Positions 9,198 through 19,309 are shown, counted from the first letter of the stretch. The stretch is 64,000 nt of DNA from an uncultured Mollicutes bacterium (GCA_945936135.1 CAMESG010000007.1:14396-78395), one strand, 5' to 3'. Program-made: numbers and translations. The notes: generated from the letters alone by a model not told the origin.

Positions 9198-9743
9198 ATG
9201 GACGATTATGTTATTGACGCGAAAAATTCCTTTCAAAACGCGATTAAAAATCTCGAAATCGGAATGGACAAGCTTCGTTCCGGGCAAGCGAACCCCGCGA
9301 TGTTGAACGGTGTGACTTGCGATTATTATGGCGAGAAGATGCCGATCGTGGACCTTTGCCAAATCAGCCGCCCGGAACCCCGTCAGCTTTATGTCCGCCC
9401 CTATTCTAGAGAGGACATCAAGTCGGTCGCTGCTGGCATTGCCGCGGCGAACCTCGGCGTCAATCCGCAAGTCGAAGCCGATGGCATTCGCATTGTCGTT
9501 GCCGCGTTGACCGAAGAGACCCGTCGCGAAATCGCCAAGAAAGCCAAGGCCCTTGGCGAGGAGGCCAAAGTTGCTGTGCGCAATATCCGCCGCGATACGC
9601 TTTCTCTTTTGAAAGAGGACGAGACGATGTCCGATGATTACAAGGAACGCGTTGAAGAAGACCTTCAAAAGGAAGTTGATGCCGCGAACAAAAAAGTCGA
9701 TGAGATCGTCAAGTTCAAACAAGACGAGATCATGTCGATCTAA
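9198..9743 (+). CDS. frr: Ribosome recycling factor
   Basis: About 181 aa with typical frr sequence (LRSGQANPAMLNGV, IRRD), and an AAGGAG SD. Confidence 0.95.
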   Translation: MDDYVIDAKNSFQNAIKNLEIGMDKLRSGQANPAMLNGVTCDYYGEKMPIVDLCQISRPEPRQLYVRPYSREDIKSVAAGIAAANLGVNPQVEADGIRIVVAALTEETRREIAKKAKALGEEAKVAVRNIRRDTLSLLKEDETMSDDYKERVEEDLQKEVDAANKKVDEIVKFKQDEIMSI

Positions 9744-9759
9744 GGATTAACTTTTAAAG

Positions 9760-9790
9760 CCGAATCCAAGCATTGGGTTCGGTTTTTCTT
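9760..9790 (+). terminator. Rho-independent terminator after frr
   Basis: CCGAATCCAA-gca-TTGGGTTCGG stem followed by TTTTTCTT. Confidence 0.8.
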
Positions 9791-9865
9791 ATTCATAAGA
9801 AGTCCCTTGTTTTCCAGGGCGGTTTTTGGTGCACCTATCCCCTTGAATCGCTATAATAATTTTAT

Positions 9866-10597
9866 ATGGCTATTAAAGGTTTTTCGCTAACAAAAAAGTG
9901 TGACCACGTTGCCTTTATCATGGATGGAAACGGGCGTTGGGCGAAGGCCCGTGGCCTTGCTCGGCATTTTGGCCATCACGAGGCCTGCAAACGTATCATC
10001 GAAATCTATGAAGCGTGCCGCGAATTCAATATCCACGTCATGAGCTTTTATGCCTTCTCCACGGAGAATTGGAACCGCCCACAAGAAGAGATCGACCATT
10101 TGATGGATTATCTCGAAGAGTTTTTCCAAAAGGAAATCGACTACCTTGATTCCGTCGGAACGAAGATCATGATTTCCGGCGATCTTACGCCCATCCGCGA
10201 ATCGACGAAGAAAGTTTGCCTTGAAGCGATGGAACGGACGAAAGGCAACAACGCCTGGACAATCAACGTCTGTTTGAACTACGGCGGGCGCGACGACATT
10301 GTTCGGGCGGCGAAGAAATTCGCACTTGACGTGCAAAAGGGTGAAAAAGCGGCGCAAGATCTCGATGAATCGCTTTTTGCATCGTATCTATATACCGCAG
10401 GATTGCCGGATATCGATCTGATGATCCGCACTTCGGGGGAACAACGCCTTTCCAATTTCCTGCTTTATCAAAACGCTTATGCCGAGTTCGTTTTCACGGA
10501 TGTGAAGTGGCCGGATTTCCGTCGCGATGCGTTTGTAACTTGTTTAAAAGAATTCGAAACGCGTCAAAGACGTTATGGAGGCTTGATCAATGGGTGA
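9866..10597 (+). CDS. uppS: Undecaprenyl diphosphate synthase
   Basis: FIMDGNGRWA and RTSGEQRLSNFLLYQ motifs. Confidence 0.93.
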   Translation: MAIKGFSLTKKCDHVAFIMDGNGRWAKARGLARHFGHHEACKRIIEIYEACREFNIHVMSFYAFSTENWNRPQEEIDHLMDYLEEFFQKEIDYLDSVGTKIMISGDLTPIRESTKKVCLEAMERTKGNNAWTINVCLNYGGRDDIVRAAKKFALDVQKGEKAAQDLDESLFASYLYTAGLPDIDLMIRTSGEQRLSNFLLYQNAYAEFVFTDVKWPDFRRDAFVTCLKEFETRQRRYGGLING

Positions 10598-11657
10598 GAA
10601 TACACCGAAACGCAAAAAGGGCGCGCGCATCGAGGTTAATCAGCTCGATGAGAAGAAAAAGAAGAACATGCTTAACCGTGTGCTCTTCGGTATTCTGATT
10701 ATTGTCATCTGTGTTCCTTCGGCGGCCTTAGGCAGCTGGGTTTGGTTTGCCTTGATGACGCTTTTCCTCGTCTGCGCTGTTTACGAGATCATGAAGGCCC
10801 CGCAAAAGAAGTACCGCTGGTATGTTTGGGTGGCCACCTACCTCATCGTATTTTCCTACGTCTATTGGTTCTTGCTGAAGTTCAATGTTCAGAATTTCCT
10901 GCAATACCAAAAGGACGTTCAAATCGATCCAACAGCATCCTTCGCCTTCTCGTTAGAAACCCATTTCCATCATCTTTCCATCTCCATTTACGGGATGGCT
11001 TTTGCTTTGGCCATTTATTGCCTTTGGGCGATCCTTCATGAAGACTTCACGTGGAATGACGTGATGTATTTCTTTTTGATGACCTTCCTTTTGGGCGTTG
11101 GGTTCCAAGCGATGCTCTTCCTTCGCTATTACCCCTTTGCGATTCCTTTGGAAGGTGTGGACGCGACAAGTTCCCTCTTCCGTTTTGGAGAGTCTTCGAC
11201 TTTCTTGTTCTATGTTGTGATTACTACTTGTTTGAACGATGTGTTTGCCTACTTCGTCGGCGTGCTTTTCGGAAAGCACCACATCAATCCGCGCATCTCG
11301 CCGAACAAGACCTGGGAAGGCTTCATCGGCGGCATTGTCCTTGGTGGGCTTGTCGGTTTTGGATTTGCCTTGTTGATGGAAGGCGTTGGCGCCCCGATCT
11401 TGCCGGGATTCTCCGTCTTCAAAAACCCCGTTGCCTTGGCTTTCTTGCTTCCGCTTAGCTTCACGATTCCCTTGATCGCGAATTTGGGCGACTTCACCTT
11501 CTCCACGGTTAAGCGCCACTTTGGATTCAAGGATTATGGTCGCGTGTTAGGCGCTCATGGGGGTATTCTTGATCGCTTCGATTCTTTGATCTTTACGAGC
11601 ACTTACGCCTCGATCTTTGCCGTTTTCTCGACGACGAATTGGAATTTCTTCGCATGA
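10590..11657 (+). CDS. cdsA: Phosphatidate cytidylyltransferase (long form, 355 aa)
   Basis: Polytopic protein with the C-terminal CdsA signature (SPNKTWEGFIGG ... KDYGRVLGAHGGILDRFDS), in the uppS-cdsA-dxr order. Confidence 0.85.
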   Translation: MGENTPKRKKGARIEVNQLDEKKKKNMLNRVLFGILIIVICVPSAALGSWVWFALMTLFLVCAVYEIMKAPQKKYRWYVWVATYLIVFSYVYWFLLKFNVQNFLQYQKDVQIDPTASFAFSLETHFHHLSISIYGMAFALAIYCLWAILHEDFTWNDVMYFFLMTFLLGVGFQAMLFLRYYPFAIPLEGVDATSSLFRFGESSTFLFYVVITTCLNDVFAYFVGVLFGKHHINPRISPNKTWEGFIGGIVLGGLVGFGFALLMEGVGAPILPGFSVFKNPVALAFLLPLSFTIPLIANLGDFTFSTVKRHFGFKDYGRVLGAHGGILDRFDSLIFTSTYASIFAVFSTTNWNFFA

Positions 11658-12802
11658 GAAAGGTGACGTTATTGGGGGCGAGCGGTTCGATTGGGACGCA
11701 AAGCCTCGATCTTTTTGCTCAAGATAAAGAACATTTCCTTCTTGTAGGCGTATCCGTTGGAAAACGAGTGGAAAAGCTTGAAAAGATTTTCTTAGATTTT
11801 CCATCGGTTTCTTTCGTCTGCGTGCAGCGTAAAGAAGATTATCTTCGGTTGAAGAACATCTATCCTAAGAAGCACTGGTACTTTGGGGACGAAGGGCTTT
11901 TGTCCCTTATCGAGGAAAGCGACTGCGACATGGTGGAAAACGCTTTGGTCGGTTTCGCTGGTCTTTGCCCTTCGGTTCGCGCTTTGGAATGTGGTAAGAT
12001 CCTTGCTTTGGCAAACAAAGAATCCCTGGTGGTTGGCGGAGATCTCATCCGCGACCTTCTTGCAAAGGGAAAGGGAGAACTTTATCCGATCGATTCAGAG
12101 CATGTTGCCATCGCGAAGCTTCTCCGCGCCGTCCCTAGAGATCAGGTTGAAGAACTCTTGATCACGGCATCCGGAGGATCTTTCCGCGATAAAAGGCGGG
12201 AAGAACTGGAGGGCGTTACCCCAAATGATGCTTTGAAGCATCCGACCTGGTCGATGGGCGCGAAGATCACGATCGATTCGGCGACGATGATGAATAAGGG
12301 TTTCGAGGTCATTGAAGCCAAAGTTCTCTTCGATTTCCCGCTCGAAAAGACGAAGATCCTCATGCATCCAGAATCTCACGTTCATTCCTTGCTTTTGTTG
12401 AAAGATGGAACCTATTTGGCGGATGTATCCGCGCCGGATATGCATGGGCCGATCGCCTATGCGCTTTATGAAGGCAACCTCGCTTACGAATTGAAACACG
12501 TGAAATCTCTTGGTGCACTCGCGCCGTTCCATTTCTATGAATTCGACCCAAAGCGATATCGCGCTCCTGGCATTGCCTTGGAGGCATTTGAAAAAGGCGG
12601 GACAAGCCGCGCGGTGCTCAATGGGGCGAACGAAGCCGCGGTCTATGCCTTCCTTGAAGGAAGGACATCGTTCTTGTCCATCGATGATCTTGTCGAAGAG
12701 GCGGTGGAGTGCTTGCCTTGCATCGACAACCCATCTTTGGAAGAATTGATCCGCGCGGATAAAGAATCGCGCGCCTTCATTGAAGCGAAAATTGGAGGAT
12801 AA
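11654..12802 (+). CDS. dxr: 1-deoxy-D-xylulose 5-phosphate reductoisomerase
   Basis: LLGASGSIGTQ NADPH motif, LANKESLV, and ATGA overlap with the cdsA stop. The ORF-track TTG at 11639 is less likely. Confidence 0.93.
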   Translation: MRKVTLLGASGSIGTQSLDLFAQDKEHFLLVGVSVGKRVEKLEKIFLDFPSVSFVCVQRKEDYLRLKNIYPKKHWYFGDEGLLSLIEESDCDMVENALVGFAGLCPSVRALECGKILALANKESLVVGGDLIRDLLAKGKGELYPIDSEHVAIAKLLRAVPRDQVEELLITASGGSFRDKRREELEGVTPNDALKHPTWSMGAKITIDSATMMNKGFEVIEAKVLFDFPLEKTKILMHPESHVHSLLLLKDGTYLADVSAPDMHGPIAYALYEGNLAYELKHVKSLGALAPFHFYEFDPKRYRAPGIALEAFEKGGTSRAVLNGANEAAVYAFLEGRTSFLSIDDLVEEAVECLPCIDNPSLEELIRADKESRAFIEAKIGG

Positions 12803-12805
12803 GCT

Positions 12806-14191
12806 ATGTTGGAAACCTTTCTTTACATTTTGATCATGATCGTCATTCTTGGCATTCTTATTTCCATCCACGAAGCAGGGCATTTGGCCGCCGCTAAGAT
12901 GTTCAAAGTCTATTGCTTCGAATATTCGATCGGCTTTGGCCCAAAGCTTTTGCATGTCCGTCGCAAAGGAGGGGAAACCTATTTCTCGATTCGTGCGATC
13001 CCGCTAGGCGGTTATGTTTCCATGTACGGAGAAGCAGGCGCGGTGCCGGAAGGCGAAATCGAACCTGACGCGAAACGCTCGTTGAACGCGATCAACAAAG
13101 GCAAGAAAGCGGTTGTCCTCGTTGCGGGCGTTACGATGAATTTCATTCTTGGCTTGATCCTGATTTTCATCTCGGACATTGCCTTCCCGAAATTCTATAC
13201 CGCCTATGGCGGAGCGGTCTCCATTAGCGAAAACGAGACGGTTGAGCTCAATTATGCGCCGCTTTCTTACGCGGATACCGTTTTGGATTACATTGAAACG
13301 AATAAGAATCCTGAATTCGCGAAGGAAGATTATTACTTAGCGCTCCCCGGGGTCACTACCGAGAAGAACTATTGTTTCGTCCTTGATTCGAACGTGAAGA
13401 TTTTCGGCAAAGATGGTTCGCCTTACATGGGTGGCGCCTCGTATGTTGCGATTTATATGCCTCGTACGTTGACGAAGGAACGCGACATCGGCGATTCCAT
13501 TGCCTTCTATCCCGCGTCGAAAGAGGCCGTGGAAGATGTCTATCAAACGATTGGGATTACGGCTTATCCTGATTTTACCGTTGAGTCGTTCCAATTCACG
13601 GAAGAGGGATCTTATGTAGATATGGAACTTCGCTTGTTCCCGGCTAGGGCGTTGCGCACGGAAGAAGGGATTTCAAGAGAATCCTATTCCAAGGCCTTCT
13701 TTGAAGCGTCGTTGACCGTGCCGACGAAGTTAACCTTCCAAGAGAAGAAATTGGTTTCCAATGGCGCGAGGATGGAGGTCATTTCCGAGCATAACGATTG
13801 GAATGGCGCTTGGGCACAATGGGCCAAGGATGTCCCGGATGCCTGCGGCGCGATCGTCAAAGGTTTCGGTAGCCTCTTTACGCCGGGAGGATTCTCCAAT
13901 ATTTCCGGCCCCATCGGCATGACTTCCGCCTTGCCTCAGATCGAGGCGCTCGGTGGCGTTGGCTATATCTTCTATTTCGCCGGTTTGCTTTCAATTAACC
14001 TCGCCTTCTTTAATTTGCTCCCCTTCCCTGGGCTTGATGGGTGGCAACTTTTTGTGACGGGCTTTGAAGCCATCACGCGGAAGAAAATGCCCCAGAAGGT
14101 TCAAACGATCGCCACGATCATTGGTTTCACCTTGCTCGGCTTGCTGTTCCTTGCGGTGACGATCAAAGACGTGATTGCTTTGTTCTTGTAA
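12806..14191 (+). CDS. rseP: RIP site-2 zinc metalloprotease RseP/RasP
   Basis: HEAGHLAAAK HExxH motif in TM1, a C-terminal LLPFPGLDG motif, a GGAGG SD, and the conserved position before polC. Confidence 0.88.
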   Translation: MLETFLYILIMIVILGILISIHEAGHLAAAKMFKVYCFEYSIGFGPKLLHVRRKGGETYFSIRAIPLGGYVSMYGEAGAVPEGEIEPDAKRSLNAINKGKKAVVLVAGVTMNFILGLILIFISDIAFPKFYTAYGGAVSISENETVELNYAPLSYADTVLDYIETNKNPEFAKEDYYLALPGVTTEKNYCFVLDSNVKIFGKDGSPYMGGASYVAIYMPRTLTKERDIGDSIAFYPASKEAVEDVYQTIGITAYPDFTVESFQFTEEGSYVDMELRLFPARALRTEEGISRESYSKAFFEASLTVPTKLTFQEKKLVSNGARMEVISEHNDWNGAWAQWAKDVPDACGAIVKGFGSLFTPGGFSNISGPIGMTSALPQIEALGGVGYIFYFAGLLSINLAFFNLLPFPGLDGWQLFVTGFEAITRKKMPQKVQTIATIIGFTLLGLLFLAVTIKDVIALFL

Positions 14192-14207
14192 TTTGGAGGA
14201 GGGTGCT

Positions 14208-17200
14208 ATGGCAAGCAGAAAAATTGTCAATTTCCTGCATTCCATCGGTATCGAAGATGCGGATGCTTTTGATTTGGATTTCACCCTTGTTGGTAGGAAC
14301 CCTGCCAAACGCGAACAAGTCGACATGTTCTTTACCAAGGAAACCCCATGGGAAGTCAACGACCTCATGGTTTTCCTCAATGGTCTTTCCAACATCCATT
14401 ACCCTTATTCGATGCGCTTTTCCTACGAAAGCGAGATTGCCCCAGAGAATGTTCTTGATGCGATTTCTGCCCACGATTTGACCTTCTGGCCTGGAAAAGA
14501 AGGCTTGAAGATCGAAATCAAAGACGGGAAAGTCGTCGCTTTCATCAAGGAAGAAGAACGCGAAAAACAAGAAAAAGAACTGCACGATCTTCGCGATTTC
14601 TTGAAAACGATTCAATATCCATCTTCGATTGAAATCGAAACGATCAAAGAAGAAGCGGCTGCCCCGGTTACCTTGGAAGAACAAAATTTTGTTCCGGTAG
14701 AGAACGTCGATGAAACCTGCGCGCCAAGCGAAGAAACCAACGTTGAAGAGGCTGAACCAGCGAAGGAAGAAATCAATGGTCGCGAGGCCATCCAACTCGA
14801 TTTCAAGGCTGCCCAACAGCTTGGCGAAGAAGAAATCCTCCGCATGGAAGAGCGCAATTTGAAGGTCATGTTGGAGGAGCGAAACAAAGCTCGCGTCCGC
14901 AAAGTTGGCAACTACAAAGTCGCGGAGAAGATCGATGAGATTTTCTCCTTTGGTCTATGCAACGTCGACTTTTGCGGCGAAGTCTTCGAAGCGGATGTCC
15001 GTACCACGAAAAAGGGTGGGAAGATGGGCGTCTTCGGCATCGGCGATGCCAGCAACGCGATCAACGTCCGCTGCTTCTCTGGACGAAGGGTTCCGGATGA
15101 AGTTATCGATAGCATTAAGGTTGGTGCTCGCGTCCGCGTCCGCGGGGCGATTGATCTAGATCGTTACTCCAAACAGAAGATGATCATGGTCCATTTCTTG
15201 GATCCGCTGCCTCCTTTGGAAATGCGCGGGGATGACCCCGAACTTGAAACAAAACGCGTTGAGCTCCATCTCCATACCAAGATGTCAACGATGGACGCCG
15301 TTACGGATTTTGGCGCCTATTACAAACTTGCGAAAAACATGGGCATGAAGGCGATTGCCGTAACGGATCATGGGGTTTTGCAGTCTTTTCCTGCGGCACA
15401 AACCGCTAGAGAAAAGGACAAGAAGGATCCTTTGAAGGTGATTTATGGTTGCGAGCTATACATGTTCGATCTTCACCAGAATATCGTATTCAATCCGACG
15501 AAAGATCCGATTCGCGGCGTTCGCTACTGTGTGTTCGATACCGAAACGACGGGGCTTTCCGCTCGGTACGACCGATTAATTGAATTTGGCGGCGTGATCA
15601 TTGAAAACGGCGTTGTCGTCAAGAGGATGGACGTCTTGATCAACCCCGAGATGAAGATGCCGGTTGAATCGACCGCGGTCAACCACATTACGGATGAGAT
15701 GCTTGCGGACAAGCCAACTTTTAAAGAGGTGCTTCCGCAAATCATGGAATTCTTGGGCGATAACATTTTGGTCGCCCATAACGCATCCTTCGATATCGGT
15801 TTTATCAATGCGGCATTGGCACGAGAAGGGTATCCCCCGTTGAAGAATCCGGTGATCGATACTTTGCCTTTATCCCACTATTTATTCCCGATGGCGGGAC
15901 GCCACAACGAAGGCGCCTTGCTACGTAACCTCGAACTTCAAATCTACGATGCAAGCGATGCTCACCGCGCGGATTATGACGCGAACGCTCTTAGCGAAGG
16001 CTGGCAAGAGATCATCCGCCGCTTGGATAACCTCTATCCTGGGATGACCCTAGAAGATCTTTCGGATTTCCAAGTTGAGCTTCCGGATATCGATGACGTT
16101 GAACGCAAGAGCGCGGATGAAGGGAACTTTGCTCGTTTTGTGAAGGCGATGCACTATTTCACTCGCTTCTGGCACATCCAACATCCAAAAGACGATATCC
16201 GCCTGCATTTTGATTCGTTTCAAGAAGCGCACGAAGAATACCGTCGTTGGGCCGAAGATCCAAATCCCGAAGAAACGGACATCAAAACCAAGCCGTTGCT
16301 TTATCAACATCTTGAGGATATGAAGAAAGCCTTCAACCTCTATTGCCGCAACCTTCGCGAATACCATTCGATCGTTCTTGCGAAGAATACGGAAGGGTTG
16401 AAGAGCCTCTACAAGATCATTACCCAAGGCAATACGACCTATCTTTCCCGTGTGCCGAAGACGCCTCGTGTGTTGATCGACGCCTATCGGAAGAACCTTC
16501 TTGTCGGCAGCGCCTGTTTGAACTCCGAAATCATGGAAATCGCGTTGACGAGATCGCAAGACGTCTTGGTTGACGCCATCAAGTTCTACGATTACATCGA
16601 GCTCCAACCTTTGGAGAACTATTCCTATATGATCAACATGGGTCGCGTTCCTTCCAAAGAACATTTGATTACCGTTTTACGCGATATCGTGGATGCCGCG
16701 CGCCTTGCGGGCAAACCCGTTGTCGCAACGGGCGACGTCCATTATTTGAATCCAGAAGATAAGATTTTGCGCGATATTTACATTAACGCGAAGGCGATTG
16801 GCGGTGGAAGCCACCCCTTGAATCCGCCTTCGAGAAAGTATCACGGAAACTTCGAAAATCCCGATCAGCATTTCCGTAGCACAAGAGAAATGCTCGATTG
16901 CTTCAAAGAATGGACGAGCGAACAAGAAGCGGAAGAGTTCGTTATCAAGAATTCGAATTGGGTTGCCGATCAAATCGATGCGGACATTCAGCCGGTCCTT
17001 CCAGGGTGCTTCCCGCCGAATGAGAACATCCCCAATTCCGCCGATAAATTGCGTGACCTTTGCTACGGCAATTTCCATCGAATTTTCGACTATACCTATG
17101 ACGATGACCCGAAAGTCTTGGCGGCGGTTGATTTCGTTAAGAAACGTTTGGATCGCGAACTTGAAGGTATCATTGGCCACGGCTATGCCGTTACCTATTT

Positions 17201-19007
17201 CATCGCTCATAAATTGATCCAGATGGCCGCGGATGAGCCTGAGCACTATATTGTTGGATCCCGTGGTTCCGTCGGTTCTTCGATTGCGGCGACCATGGCG
17301 AACATCACCGAGGTCAATCCTTTGCCTCCTCATTACTATTGCCCGCATTGCCATTATCTTTCCTTTGATGACGATGATGGCGTGAGTTTCCTCAAGAAGG
17401 GCTATAAATCCGGCTTTGACTTGCCAGATCGCGTCTGTCCAAAATGCGGTAGGCCTTTGAAGATCGATGGACAGAATATCCCCTTTGAAACTTTCCTTGG
17501 TTTCGCCGCCGAAAAAGTCCCAGACATCGATTTGAACTTCGAAGATCAAAGCCAAAAGAAAGCCCATAACTACACCCGCATTCTTTTGGGCGAGCGCAAC
17601 GTCTTCCGTGCCGGTACGATCGAAACGGTTGCCGAGAAAACCGCTTATGGTTATGTTCGCGGTTACTTTGAAGATATGCTTGCCGCGCAAGGAAGCAGCA
17701 AAACCGTCGATTCGATCAACCCCGCCTATATCGCCTATTTGGCGTCAAAATGCCAAGGCGTTAAGCGCACGACGGGCCAGCACCCTGGTGGCATCGTTGT
17801 CGTTCCCGCGGATCGTTCGATCTATGACTTCACCGCGGTGCAGCACCCTGCCGACGATCTTGAATCGAGTTGGCTTACGACCCACTTCGATTATCGCTCG
17901 ATGCACGATGAACTCTTGAAGTTCGATATTCTTGGCCACGTTGACCCGATGGCGATGCGTTATTATCGCGACTTGACGGGCGTGAAGATCGAAGACATTC
18001 CTATGAATGACAAGAGGGTTCTCTCGTTGTTCACTTCCCCGAAGGAATTAAACCTCCACCGCAATTATTTGAATTCCATTACGGGCGCCTCGGCCCTTCC
18101 AGAATTCGGTACCGAGCTAGCCCAACGAATGTTGTCCGAAGCACAACCAAAGACCTTCAATGACCTTTTGATCATCTCTGGCTTAAGCCATGGCACCGAC
18201 GTTTGGGCGGGCAACGCCGAAGACTTGATTTTGAATGGGGTCACCGACATCAACGGCGTCATCGGATGCCGCGACGATATCATGTCCTATTTGATCCTCC
18301 AAGGCGTTGAACCCGGGATGGCCTTCAAAATCATGGAAGACGTGCGCCATGGCAAGAACTTGTTCCTTAAAGCCGCGGACAAATACGTTCCGATCATGAA
18401 GAAGTGCAACGTCCCGGATTGGTACATCGAATCCTGCAAAAAGATCAAATACCTCTTCCCGCGTGGACACGCTACCGCTTACGTCATGATGGCGGTTCGC
18501 GTCGCTTATTTCAAACTCTATTATCCGCTCCAATTCTATGCCGTCTTCTTCTCGATCCGCAGCGATGCCTACGACATCGAAACGATGATTAAAGGAGAAG
18601 AGGCCATCATCGCGAGAATCGAAGGATTGAGGGCGCGACGCGACGATCGTTCCAACCCCTTGTCGAATAAGGAAACGAGTATCCTCAAGACGTTATTGAT
18701 TGCGCTTGAGATGTGCGAGCGCGGCTATCATTTCGCGAACCTCGACCTCTATCGCAGCGACGCCAAGATGTTCGTCGTTGACGAGAAGAACAAGGCCTTG
18801 ATCCCTCCGTTCGTCGTTATCGATAACCTCGGCGAGAATGCCGGACGCTCGGTCGTCGAAGCCCGCGAACGTTTAAAAGGAAGACCCTTCTTGTCCAAGG
18901 ATCAGCTTCTTCGCGAGACGAAGCTTTCTTCAACGAATGTCGCGGAATTGGATCGCTTAGGCGTTTTAGAAGGCTTAAGCGAAACGAATCAATTGACGCT
19001 ATTCTGA
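14208..19007 (+). CDS. polC: DNA polymerase III PolC-type (about 1599 aa)
   Basis: OB domain, split PHP (HLHTKMS), inserted DEDDh exonuclease (FDTETTG, HNASFD, HRADYD), a CPHC...CPKC zinc finger and a polymerase core. A GGAGGAGGG SD precedes ATG 14208. Confidence 0.97.
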   Translation: MASRKIVNFLHSIGIEDADAFDLDFTLVGRNPAKREQVDMFFTKETPWEVNDLMVFLNGLSNIHYPYSMRFSYESEIAPENVLDAISAHDLTFWPGKEGLKIEIKDGKVVAFIKEEEREKQEKELHDLRDFLKTIQYPSSIEIETIKEEAAAPVTLEEQNFVPVENVDETCAPSEETNVEEAEPAKEEINGREAIQLDFKAAQQLGEEEILRMEERNLKVMLEERNKARVRKVGNYKVAEKIDEIFSFGLCNVDFCGEVFEADVRTTKKGGKMGVFGIGDASNAINVRCFSGRRVPDEVIDSIKVGARVRVRGAIDLDRYSKQKMIMVHFLDPLPPLEMRGDDPELETKRVELHLHTKMSTMDAVTDFGAYYKLAKNMGMKAIAVTDHGVLQSFPAAQTAREKDKKDPLKVIYGCELYMFDLHQNIVFNPTKDPIRGVRYCVFDTETTGLSARYDRLIEFGGVIIENGVVVKRMDVLINPEMKMPVESTAVNHITDEMLADKPTFKEVLPQIMEFLGDNILVAHNASFDIGFINAALAREGYPPLKNPVIDTLPLSHYLFPMAGRHNEGALLRNLELQIYDASDAHRADYDANALSEGWQEIIRRLDNLYPGMTLEDLSDFQVELPDIDDVERKSADEGNFARFVKAMHYFTRFWHIQHPKDDIRLHFDSFQEAHEEYRRWAEDPNPEETDIKTKPLLYQHLEDMKKAFNLYCRNLREYHSIVLAKNTEGLKSLYKIITQGNTTYLSRVPKTPRVLIDAYRKNLLVGSACLNSEIMEIALTRSQDVLVDAIKFYDYIELQPLENYSYMINMGRVPSKEHLITVLRDIVDAARLAGKPVVATGDVHYLNPEDKILRDIYINAKAIGGGSHPLNPPSRKYHGNFENPDQHFRSTREMLDCFKEWTSEQEAEEFVIKNSNWVADQIDADIQPVLPGCFPPNENIPNSADKLRDLCYGNFHRIFDYTYDDDPKVLAAVDFVKKRLDRELEGIIGHGYAVTYFIAHKLIQMAADEPEHYIVGSRGSVGSSIAATMANITEVNPLPPHYYCPHCHYLSFDDDDGVSFLKKGYKSGFDLPDRVCPKCGRPLKIDGQNIPFETFLGFAAEKVPDIDLNFEDQSQKKAHNYTRILLGERNVFRAGTIETVAEKTAYGYVRGYFEDMLAAQGSSKTVDSINPAYIAYLASKCQGVKRTTGQHPGGIVVVPADRSIYDFTAVQHPADDLESSWLTTHFDYRSMHDELLKFDILGHVDPMAMRYYRDLTGVKIEDIPMNDKRVLSLFTSPKELNLHRNYLNSITGASALPEFGTELAQRMLSEAQPKTFNDLLIISGLSHGTDVWAGNAEDLILNGVTDINGVIGCRDDIMSYLILQGVEPGMAFKIMEDVRHGKNLFLKAADKYVPIMKKCNVPDWYIESCKKIKYLFPRGHATAYVMMAVRVAYFKLYYPLQFYAVFFSIRSDAYDIETMIKGEEAIIARIEGLRARRDDRSNPLSNKETSILKTLLIALEMCERGYHFANLDLYRSDAKMFVVDEKNKALIPPFVVIDNLGENAGRSVVEARERLKGRPFLSKDQLLRETKLSSTNVAELDRLGVLEGLSETNQLTLF

Positions 19008-19040
19008 TTTATAAACTTGCAAAACCGACTTAGATAAACG

Positions 19041-19075
19041 AAAAACCGACCGCTGGATGGCGATCGGTTCTTTCG
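19041..19075. terminator. Candidate bidirectional terminator between polC and the tRNA operon
   Basis: ACCGACCGC / GCGATCGGT stem with one mismatch, flanked by an A-run and a T-run. Confidence 0.55.
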
Positions 19076-19081
19076 TAATTA

Positions 19082-19158
19082 TGGCGTCCCCGAGGCGATT
19101 CGAACGCCTGACCCCTTCCTTAGGAGGGAAGTGCTCTATCCAGCTGAGCTACGGAGAC
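19082..19158 (-). tRNA. tRNA-Arg (anticodon CCU), CCA encoded
   Basis: The reverse complement GTCTCCGTAGCTCAGCTGGATAGAGCACTTCCCTCCTAAGGAAGGGGTCAGGCGTTCGAATCGCCTCGGGGACGCCA folds as a cloverleaf. The anticodon loop is CTCCTAA. Confidence 0.9.
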
Positions 19159-19170
19159 AGGTAGAAAAAA

Positions 19171-19247
19171 TGGTCGGAACGGCGGGGTTCGAACCCGCGA
19201 CCTCCTGGTCCCGAACCAGGCGCACTACCAAGCTGTGCTACGTCCCG
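19171..19247 (-). tRNA. tRNA-Pro (anticodon CGG), CCA encoded
   Basis: The reverse complement CGGGACGTAGCACAGCTTGGTAGTGCGCCTGGTTCGGGACCAGGAGGTCGCGGGTTCGAACCCCGCCGTTCCGACCA has a 7-bp acceptor stem. The anticodon loop is TTCGGGA. Confidence 0.9.
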
Positions 19248-19280
19248 ACATACGCAAGTGCGTCTTCTTGCGCGGGAAGG

Positions 19281-19309
19281 ATTATAGAACGTATGAAGAA
19301 GGATTTCAA
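19281..19309 (-). promoter_or_regulatory. Promoter of the tRNA-Pro/tRNA-Arg operon (TTGAAA-17-TATAAT on the minus strand)
   Basis: Minus-strand TTGAAA at 19309-19304, a 17-nt spacer, then TATAAT at 19286-19281, about 34 nt upstream of the tRNA-Pro 5' end. Confidence 0.65.

Noticed and set aside
16677-17690. A 337-aa antisense ORF inside polC. Similar antisense ORFs lie inside pcrA (44514-45920), trpS (21655-22557), dxr (12095-12955), gatB (50571-51452), gpmA (55565-56329) and topA (2311-2985).
   Set aside because: All lie entirely within confidently identified conserved genes on the opposite strand, and none contains a recognisable domain.
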